A program made the translations under genes and the position numbers. Of a stretch of 27,474 nt of DNA, positions 20,488 through 27,474 are shown in pieces. The notes below the pieces were generated by a model, which saw only the letters and a program-made list of their open reading frames with translations, made no database searches and had not been told where the DNA came from. This DNA comes from Sulfurospirillum sp. (GTDB lineage: Bacteria > Campylobacterota > Campylobacteria > Campylobacterales > Sulfurospirillaceae). Within the stretch, counting starts at the first letter, position 1. Each line of letters starts with the position of its first letter. The stretch lies in contig JASFYR010000028.1 of assembly GCA_045047115.1 (NCBI GenBank), positions 1 to 27,474 of the forward strand. The letters are read 5' to 3'.

Positions 20488-20841
20488 TTACATTCCCAAA
20501 TGTTTTAAAAGTTTAAATTCTACTTCTTTTAATTCTTGAGAAGTTAAAACTGTTAATAATTTATCTAAATATATCCTACTTATATCTAAAGTACAAAGTT
20601 CATTGATACATATTTCACTATCTTTTTTTAAATTATCTCTTTTTTGTATCTTTACTCTTAAATCCCCACCATACAAATTTGTAGATATGGGTATGACAGT
20701 AATACCTTTAAATTCAACTTTATCTATATTTCGATTTGCTATATCATTTTGAATAATTAAAGCAGGTCTAACTTTACCAAATTCACTATTGTATTTTTTT
20801 CCAAAATTAACTAAATAGATTTCACCTCTTTTGATACTCAT
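20488..20841 (-). CDS. Type II toxin, PemK/MazF-family endoribonuclease
   Basis: RGEIYLVNF...SEFGKVRPALIIQND..N, VIPIST, KKDSEI..NELCTLD; 117 aa. Confidence 0.9.
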   Translation of the reverse strand: MSIKRGEIYLVNFGKKYNSEFGKVRPALIIQNDIANRNIDKVEFKGITVIPISTNLYGGDLRVKIQKRDNLKKDSEICINELCTLDISRIYLDKLLTVLTSQELKEVEFKLLKHLGM

Positions 20842-21083
20842 AATTCTTCACTTATAGACTCTATTTCTAAAAAATCAGCATAAGCTTCTTTACCTAAAGC
20901 TTTTTTATTATTCATTAAATAAACTTCATCTTCAATTTTTTCTTTTACTTTTTCGTATAATTCATATGGCAATACAACACTTTTAGTTATATGCTTCTTT
21001 GCATCTTTTATAAATGTTATATCCGTAGGTCTTGTTATATATGATGGCTTTTTTACAATATCACTTGAATTAATTATAAGCAT
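20838..21083 (-). CDS. Putative cognate antitoxin (Phd/YefM-like pattern)
   Basis: 81 aa with acidic C-terminus; ATGA overlap with the toxin; AGGAG RBS; VVLPYELYEK..EKIED resembles Phd/YefM. Confidence 0.7.
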   Translation of the reverse strand: MLIINSSDIVKKPSYITRPTDITFIKDAKKHITKSVVLPYELYEKVKEKIEDEVYLMNNKKALGKEAYADFLEIESISEEL

Positions 21084-21097
21084 ATAATCTCCTATTT

Positions 21098-21117
21098 TAT
21101 AATTTGCATATATTATA
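21098..21117 (-). promoter_or_regulatory. Internal -10 box for the TA module within a TATAAT-N8-ATTATA inverted repeat (possible operator)
   Basis: TATAAT on the minus strand at 21117-21112, upstream of AGGAG at 21093-21089. Confidence 0.5.
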
Positions 21118-21125
21118 CTATTATT

Positions 21126-21755
21126 TTACACTAATTTCAATATAGTTTCTTCAGTTTTGCTTACCATAGTTTCTATAGAAAAATTCTCAACTATCCTTTT
21201 TCTACTATTTTTACCTAAAAGTTTAAAATAACTTTTTGTCATTTGTTCTAAGCCATTATATAAACTATCCGCATTATTTGACTCAACTACTATTCCATAA
21301 TCACCAACTATTATTTTACTATCTCCAACATCTGTTACAACACAAGTACACTCACAACTCATAGCCTCAGCAATTGAATTACTAAACCCTTCTCCAAAAG
21401 AAGAAGAAGAAGAAATGTCAAATCCACTGTAAAAATCTTCTACATTTCTCTGTTTCCCTAGCCAGATGAATCTTGTATTATTATAATCTCCAAGTATCTC
21501 TTTGCACTCTTTTTTTATATTTTCATCCCCATCACCTATGGAAAAAAATTTTAGATTATTATACTTTTTTAGCAATCTTTTTGCAGACTCAGCAAAAACA
21601 TTATATCCTTTCATGTAGTCAATCCGTGCAACCATCCCAATGGCAATGTCATTTTCATTTAAATTATGTTTTTTTCTAAACTCTATTCTTTTTTTCTCAT
21701 CTTTTTTAAATCTATCTGTATCTATACCGTTATGAATAACGACCGACTTTTCCAT
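21126..21755 (-). pseudogene. C-terminal half of a GT4 glycosyltransferase, N-terminal domain missing
   Basis: Begins at VIHNGID (the GT4 inter-domain linker); has ARIDYMKG and EGFSNSIAEAM; in-frame stop at 21770-21768; overlapped by the tail of the upstream GT2. Confidence 0.75.
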
Positions 21756-22675
21756 GCTAAAACTTTCTTAACTTTAACTTTCCCTAATAAAATCTTCCCT
21801 ATAAATCTATAATGCAGTATAAAACTAATAAATTCAGTAATAGATAAATTATGATATGCATAATTGATAATATTTTTGATATTGCAACTCATAACGCTAT
21901 ATGGTATATCTTTTAAAAAATTACTAATTATTCTATTTTTCCAAATAATAATTTCCTTTTTATTAAAAAAAGCTTCTGCATAGGTAGAAACAGATACTAA
22001 TTGGTCAATATTTACAAAATATTTATCAATATCATTACTTTTGCTTTCTGAACCTTCCACTTGCCTCCATACACCTGTAGATTCTGATATAAACCCTATT
22101 TTTGAATTGATAATAAATTTTAATATTGATTCCCAATCTGAACTAATAATATCTTTGCAATAAAAATTTAACTTTACTGCTTTTGAGCGTTTATATAAAG
22201 CTGTCATATGTGGAATATGTATACCCTTTTTGCCATAATTTAAAAACAACCATTTTCCATTAATTATTACAGGTAGATCCATATCTGTATATTTGTCTTT
22301 ATTTGTATATCTAACAATTTGATTTGAAAAAACCAAATCTAATTTTTCTTTTTCAATTAATTTTACTGCTTTTGCAATATAATTATTATCTATAAAATAA
22401 TCATCTCCGTCAAGGTTGATAATAAAATCTCCACTAGCCAATTCATATAAAAGTTTTCTATAATTTTCTACTCTGCCTAGATTTTCTTGATTTCTGTAAA
22501 TTTTCAGTCGTTTATCTTTTAGTTGCTGTATTAATTGCCAAGTATTATCACTAGAATTATCATCACATACAATTACTTCTAAATCTTGATACTTTTGAGA
22601 CAATGCACTATTTATAGCATCTACTATATAATTATCTTGATTATAAGTGGGAATCATTATAGTAACTTTAATCAA
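21722..22675 (-). CDS. GT2 glycosyltransferase
   Basis: IPTYNQ, VCDDNSSD, NLDGDDY. Start placed at TTG 22675 (AAGG upstream) instead of 22693. Confidence 0.85.
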   Translation of the reverse strand: MIKVTIMIPTYNQDNYIVDAINSALSQKYQDLEVIVCDDNSSDNTWQLIQQLKDKRLKIYRNQENLGRVENYRKLLYELASGDFIINLDGDDYFIDNNYIAKAVKLIEKEKLDLVFSNQIVRYTNKDKYTDMDLPVIINGKWLFLNYGKKGIHIPHMTALYKRSKAVKLNFYCKDIISSDWESILKFIINSKIGFISESTGVWRQVEGSESKSNDIDKYFVNIDQLVSVSTYAEAFFNKKEIIIWKNRIISNFLKDIPYSVMSCNIKNIINYAYHNLSITEFISFILHYRFIGKILLGKVKVKKVLAWKSRSLFITV

Positions 22676-23603
22676 TCTTAACCTTTGGCGCATAAATGGG
22701 TAATAAAATATATTTTATTTTCCTAAGCAAACCTTTTTTTTGAATTATAAATTTTATATTTAACAAAGCAAAAATAAAAGCTTTAAATCTATTTGAAAGT
22801 GTATAATAGTTAATGGCATCATCTATAAAAGATCTTAAATTATTGGAAGTTGTTTGTTTTTTTAAGAATTTTAATCTTCTGATACGATTTTTATTCCAAT
22901 CAAGCATTGTGACACTATCAATTGGGTTGAAGATTTTATCCAGTAATGATCTTTTATCTATTTTGCTACCAGAGGTATTTGTTCCGTGCTGACGCCATAA
23001 AACTAATTGTTTATCAATAAATCTTATATTTCCATAAATTGATGCCACAATAGCAATCCACATATCATAATGTTCTATATCTTCTGATATAGGCAAAATA
23101 TGATTTTTTAACACTGATGAAAACATACAAGCATGACCTGATATCCAATTATCAAGCATTAAAGCTTTTATACTATGCTCTTTATTGATTAGTATATTAT
23201 TTGATTGGAAAAATGAACTATAAATTAATTTACCCGATCTATTAATCAATGAATCATCATGATACACTAACACACAATCTTTTATTTCATTAATCATAAC
23301 TTCTATCTTATTGAACATCCAAATATCGTCTTGGTCACTTATTGCAATATAATCGCCATTGCACAGGGAGATAGCTTTTTCAAAGTTTTTTAAAACTCCT
23401 AAACTTTTTTTATTCTCAAATAATTTTATCCTGTTGTCTCTTTTTTGATATTCTTTAATCATTCTAATTGTATTATCGAAAGAACCATCATCACAAATAA
23501 TTATCTCTAAATTTTTATATGACTGATTTATAATAGAATTTAACTGTTCTTTTAAAAATTTTTCACCATTATAAGTTGTCATGGCTATTGAGACTATATT
23601 CAT
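22668..23603 (-). CDS. GT2 glycosyltransferase (rhamnosyltransferase-like)
   Basis: SIAMTTYNGEKFLKEQL.SI, DDGS, SDQDDIW, HYDMW, RQHGTN. Confidence 0.88.
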   Translation of the reverse strand: MNIVSIAMTTYNGEKFLKEQLNSIINQSYKNLEIIICDDGSFDNTIRMIKEYQKRDNRIKLFENKKSLGVLKNFEKAISLCNGDYIAISDQDDIWMFNKIEVMINEIKDCVLVYHDDSLINRSGKLIYSSFFQSNNILINKEHSIKALMLDNWISGHACMFSSVLKNHILPISEDIEHYDMWIAIVASIYGNIRFIDKQLVLWRQHGTNTSGSKIDKRSLLDKIFNPIDSVTMLDWNKNRIRRLKFLKKQTTSNNLRSFIDDAINYYTLSNRFKAFIFALLNIKFIIQKKGLLRKIKYILLPIYAPKVKID

Positions 23604-24265
23604 ATTTTTTGACTCACCAAATGATATTGAGTTGTTAAAAACTCTTCAAATTTTCCAAATGTTAATTTATTAAATAAACTTGTTTTCCCACCATGTAAAT
23701 AAATATTTGAAACAATGTTAACAACTTCAAAACCATTTTTTTCAAAAAGTTCAAGCATATTTTTTTTACAAAAAAATCTTAAATGTGTTTTATCTAATAT
23801 GCCAGCATTGGTATATTTAAAATCACCTTCTAAAAAAATTTGTTTTAGTATTTGTATTTGACGAATATTTGGTAAACTAGCTATTAAAACACCATCATCT
23901 TTTAATATCAAACGAAGTTTCCTAACTATATTATAGGGATCAACTAAATGCTCTAAAACATCTCCACATAAAATTACATCAAAAAAGTTTTTTTCAAAAG
24001 GTAGTTTTATTTGTTCTATATTTCCTATAATAAACTCTTCAAATTCTTCACTTTTTTGAAAAGAATTTTTTAACTCACACAATTCCACTCCATAAATTTT
24101 TTTTGCGTAACCATTTTGTTTTGCATACAGTAAAGTATCACCCGAACCTGCACCAATTTCCAACACATTACCCCTTTTATTACATTTAGGTGTTAAATTT
24201 AACAAATCTAATCTTACATTTGAAAAATAATTTTTTGGTTTTACTTTATAATTTTCTTCTATCAT
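23600..24265 (-). CDS. Class I SAM-dependent methyltransferase (probable sugar O-methyltransferase)
   Basis: VLEIGAGSG, FDVILCGDVLEHLVDP, SLPN, GILDKTHLRFF. Confidence 0.85.
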   Translation of the reverse strand: MIEENYKVKPKNYFSNVRLDLLNLTPKCNKRGNVLEIGAGSGDTLLYAKQNGYAKKIYGVELCELKNSFQKSEEFEEFIIGNIEQIKLPFEKNFFDVILCGDVLEHLVDPYNIVRKLRLILKDDGVLIASLPNIRQIQILKQIFLEGDFKYTNAGILDKTHLRFFCKKNMLELFEKNGFEVVNIVSNIYLHGGKTSLFNKLTFGKFEEFLTTQYHLVSQKI

Positions 24266-25182
24266 TTATACTGATCCTTTTTGAATAAATATAAAGATAT
24301 TGGCAAGACTAAAAAAAATATAATTCTTTTATAATTATTGTTAATATCTTTCAACATTTTTTTGAAATTATAGTTACTGTGTAATCCAATTCTTCCAAAT
24401 TGGATAAAATCTTTTAAAAGCCTAATCGGATTAATTTTGATTAAATCCCAAAACAGTTCATCTATAACCATCTTGTGATATATATACCTTCCTTTTGCAT
24501 GATTTTTATAACTATTGATTATATTTTTAGAAAATCCATCATTTTGATGATATATTATTCTTAAAGTTTCATTTATAGAAAAAATTTTACGATTTTGGTT
24601 AACTTTATCCCAAATATATGCTTCAGGTATAAATTTTATTTCATCAGCTTCTGGAAATAAATATTGTTTAAATAATTTTATATTTAATGCTCCCCATGTT
24701 TCAAAATAGATTTTATTTTTATGCTTCCATTTAAAAGCATTTTCTATTATACCATCTTGAATATTTTTGCCAATCAGTAAACCAGTATTTCCATCTTTAC
24801 ATAGACAATTAATTCCATATATATCTTTCCTTGTAGCATCGTCCAACTTTTTCCAATATTTCCAAAAAACATTCATGCATTTTGGAATAATAGCATCATC
24901 GCTGTCCAATATTAAAAACAATTCCCCCTTTGCCAATTTAATCGCTTTATTGTGACAATAATTCTTGCCTTTGTTTTCTTGCTTAATATACCTAATATCA
25001 AAATTTGCTTGAGAAGAAAATTTTTTTACCAAATCATCAGTATTATCTGTCGAACCATCATTAATCAAAATCCATTCAAAATCACAATGTCTAATTGTTT
25101 GGCTCATTAAAGAATCAAATACTCTTTGCAAAGTATATGCTCTGTTGAAAGTTGGAGTAAAAACCGTAAATTTATATTTCAT
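24262..25182 (-). CDS. GT2 glycosyltransferase
   Basis: TVFTPTFNRA, INDGSTD, LDSDD. Confidence 0.88.
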   Translation of the reverse strand: MKYKFTVFTPTFNRAYTLQRVFDSLMSQTIRHCDFEWILINDGSTDNTDDLVKKFSSQANFDIRYIKQENKGKNYCHNKAIKLAKGELFLILDSDDAIIPKCMNVFWKYWKKLDDATRKDIYGINCLCKDGNTGLLIGKNIQDGIIENAFKWKHKNKIYFETWGALNIKLFKQYLFPEADEIKFIPEAYIWDKVNQNRKIFSINETLRIIYHQNDGFSKNIINSYKNHAKGRYIYHKMVIDELFWDLIKINPIRLLKDFIQFGRIGLHSNYNFKKMLKDINNNYKRIIFFLVLPISLYLFKKDQYK

Positions 25183-25198
25183 TATTTAAACACCTTGA

Positions 25199-25463
25199 TT
25201 ATTTTGGCAAAAGAGAAGCTTTAAAACTTTGCCATGTTTTTTTATAATTTCTATAAAACTTAAAAAAATCGCATCTTCCTCTTTTTTGTAAATTAATATA
25301 TTTAATATTTGAATTTTTTTTTCAACTGTATCTTTTGAACTCCATCATGACATAAAACTGTCGCATAAAATTTTGTTTTATCAAAATATTTGACAAGTTC
25401 TACAAATTGTCTTTTTAGGCAAACTAATATTAGGTGAGTGACTTGATAAAAGTATTTTATCAT
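25199..25463 (-). pseudogene. Decayed N-terminal fragment of a GT4 glycosyltransferase (several frameshifts)
   Basis: ATG at 25463 overlaps the upstream stop (ATGA); pieces in different frames read RQFVELVKYFDKTKF and NIKYINLQKRGRCDFFKFY, resembling GT4 N-termini (GGAERQ..L...LD...F). Confidence 0.6.
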
Positions 25464-26245
25464 AACTTTTCTTTGCCCATTATGCTTCTTATTGTGTTAA
25501 TATATTTAGCGGGTATTAATTGTCTAACTTTTTTCTTTATTAATGTTTCTCGAATATTTTGTAAATCTTCCTCGCTCAAAAAAGCTCTTGTTGAATTTAA
25601 AGGCAACCCCTCTTGTTTTAAAATATCTTTTAAAAAAGGATAAAACTTTCCTTTTTCCACAAAGTGTGTATATGTAATAAAGTTATAGTTTGTAACATAA
25701 AACCCATCACTATTTGACAAAGACTCCTTTGTCTTTCCGGCTTTTACCTCAAACTCCCAAGGAGAAAAATTATAAGATAAAAGCTGGATTAAAAATTCTT
25801 TTTTCCAAATAGCCATTTGTAAAGATGTTATATAAGGAACATATGATTTTACATCTATTCTTGAAAAATCGTTATCTATTTTTGTATCTCCTTTTGGATT
25901 TGGAGTCAATCTTAGATATACTCCATTTTTTGACTTTATAAACTTAAAAGCTTTTTTTATTAGATTATTATTTACTTTTTCTAAAATCATAAAATCATCA
26001 AGCATTAAAATAAAATACTCTTCATTTATACTTTCTAAATAACTCATTAAACTTTTTGAAAAAGATATATCTTCCCCATTATTAATATAGTTCCAACCCT
26101 CTGGCTCAAACTCTTTTCTGTCTTCTCCATTGGCGCCAAGAGTAATCTGTAAATCTGGCTTCCAATACTTATTTTTAAAGTGGTCTGTTATATACCAAAT
26201 ATCACTTGCTTTGGAATAGCTAGCAATTAACACATTTATTTTCAT
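25460..26245 (-). CDS. Hypothetical polysaccharide-locus protein, possible GT-A-fold glycosyltransferase
   Basis: 261 aa, no TM segment; YFILMLDDF DxD-like motif, SLQMAIWKK, SPWEFE. Confidence 0.55.
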   Translation of the reverse strand: MKINVLIASYSKASDIWYITDHFKNKYWKPDLQITLGANGEDRKEFEPEGWNYINNGEDISFSKSLMSYLESINEEYFILMLDDFMILEKVNNNLIKKAFKFIKSKNGVYLRLTPNPKGDTKIDNDFSRIDVKSYVPYITSLQMAIWKKEFLIQLLSYNFSPWEFEVKAGKTKESLSNSDGFYVTNYNFITYTHFVEKGKFYPFLKDILKQEGLPLNSTRAFLSEEDLQNIRETLIKKKVRQLIPAKYINTIRSIMGKEKL

Positions 26246-26905
26246 TGTTTTAATTCCGCTAAATAATTAAAGTAAAATGGCGTAAAAATCAAAAAACTTT
26301 CATGTGGGGCATAGATATAATCACTTATATCCATTAGTTTGTTGATTGAAAGCTCTGCTATCTTTTCTTTTTTGAGCTAAATATGTGATTAAATTATATA
26401 CTATATATATTCTAATGAAAAAATAGATTTTATAAAATCCAGTCATATAAAATAACTTCATTTTTATAATCTCTTTTTTGCTAAATCCATCTTTTCTAAA
26501 TGGATTTTGATAAGCACCATCTAAATTGACAATATTAGGAGCAATCACAGCAATATTATTATCTTCGTTATATTTTTCAACCAATATTTTTAATAATAAA
26601 TCTTGTTTATCTATCTTAATATCACTGTTGGAACAAATAATAAAATTACATCCATCTTCTCTAGCTTTTGATATGCCGAGATTATTTCCATTTGCAAATC
26701 CTAAATTAACTTTTGAAATAATTAAATTAAAATTAATCTTTTTTTGAATTTGCCTTAACTTTTCAATACTCTCATTATATGATCCATTTTCTACTACATA
26801 TATCTGTATTTGTTCAAACCATACTTGATCTTTTAGGCTATACAACAATTCTATTGTGTCAGTATATGTCTTATAGTTTAAAATTACAAATCCAAATTTA
26901 TTCAT
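26242..26905 (-). pseudogene. Frameshifted and truncated GT2 glycosyltransferase
   Basis: Frame 1 (VILNY, VENGS, NLGFANGNN, NSD) stops at 26321; a second frame open from 26376 carries YIYAPHESFLIFTPFYF and ends at the ATGA overlap with the next gene. Confidence 0.75.
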
Positions 26906-27474
26906 ACTTTTTTAAATACCACTCAATAGTTTTTACTATCCCACTTTCAAAATTCTCATCTGCTTTCCAGCCAAGCTCATTTTCTATTTTACTTGCATCT
27001 ATTGCATAGCGTCTGTCATGTCCTGCACGATCCTCAACAAAAGTTATCAAACTTTTGTATGAGGATAATATTGAATTTTGAGTGTTGAATTTTGAATTAT
27101 TCTTGATAGGATAGGCTTCGTCCAATATCTCACAAATTCTATCTACTATTTGCAGGTTCGTTCGTTCATTTCTTCCACCTATATTATAAACATTTGCCTC
27201 TTTACCTGTATGATAAACTAAATCTATACCCTTACAGTGATCAAGCACATATAGCCAATCTCTAATATTTTTACCATCACCATATATAGGAATACTTTCA
27301 CCTGCTAATGCTTTTCTGATAATTGTAGGAATTAGCTTTTCATCATGCTGTTTTGGACCATAGTTGTTTGAACAGTTTGTTATAACTGTATTCATTCCAT
27401 AAGTCTCTTGATAAGATCTTACTATCATATCACTACTTGCCTTTGATGCTGAATATGGGCTATTTGGTGCATAT
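26898..27474 (-). CDS. rfbB: dTDP-glucose 4,6-dehydratase, 5' part outside the window
   Basis: In-frame [13 protein letters not shown] upstream of the ORF-track Met, [32 protein letters not shown]. Confidence 0.95.
   Translation of the reverse strand, partial: YAPNSPYSASKASSDMIVRSYQETYGMNTVITNCSNNYGPKQHDEKLIPTIIRKALAGESIPIYGDGKNIRDWLYVLDHCKGIDLVYHTGKEANVYNIGGRNERTNLQIVDRICEILDEAYPIKNNSKFNTQNSILSSYKSLITFVEDRAGHDRRYAIDASKIENELGWKADENFESGIVKTIEWYLKKYE
27071..27098. repeat. Four 7-bp tandem units inside rfbB
   Basis: Coding strand AATTCAA AATTCAA CACTCAA AATTCAA (encodes NSKFNTQNS). Confidence 0.75.

Noticed and set aside
21400..21414. (GAA)5 tract as a contingency microsatellite
   Set aside because: It is an in-frame Ser run immediately before the GT4 EGF motif, where small residues are normal.
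25434..25643. Plus-strand 69-aa ORF as a real small gene
   Set aside because: It is antisense to an intact CDS and a pseudogene, with no RBS or motif.
13635..27474. Poly-G/C phase variation or integron cassettes in the glycan locus
   Set aside because: No long G/C homopolymers, attC-like sites or integrase were seen; A/T runs of 7-9 are expected at this composition.

Overview
AT-rich bacterial chromosome segment, very probably Campylobacterota (inferred from AAGGA-type ribosome-binding sites, a HAIR-like box at clpB, a Campylobacterota-type Jag and the rpmH-rnpA-yidD-yidC-jag-mnmE-purL order). The left half (1-13.6 kb, mostly + strand) is housekeeping: clpB, a ygbA-like gene and a lipoprotein (- strand), rpmH (missed by the ORF track), rnpA, yidD, yidC, jag, mnmE, a DUF302 gene, purL, a UDP-glucuronate 4-epimerase and galE. 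The right half (13.6-27.5 kb, - strand, more AT-rich) is the distal end of a mosaic surface-polysaccharide operon: rfbB, GT2/GT4 glycosyltransferases, a methyltransferase, two AsnB-type amidotransferases, an SDR epimerase, an embedded toxin-antitoxin pair and decayed GT genes. The most notable unexplained structure is: (i) a ~72-bp modular repeat (conserved 41-bp hairpin, 21-nt variable hairpin, AAAGGGGACA) in the leaders of both divergent transcripts at clpB, read in-frame in the leftward ORF; (ii) two large near-perfect palindromes (3036-3099, 4042-4096); (iii) degenerate 7-bp tandem arrays inside three polysaccharide genes, two at the same codon position of the asnB paralogues but in opposite orientation; (iv) a GT4 gene apparently split by a four-gene block; (v) rnpA and mnmE both needing non-canonical ATT/ATA starts. 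All calls come from reading the sequence; no searches were run.
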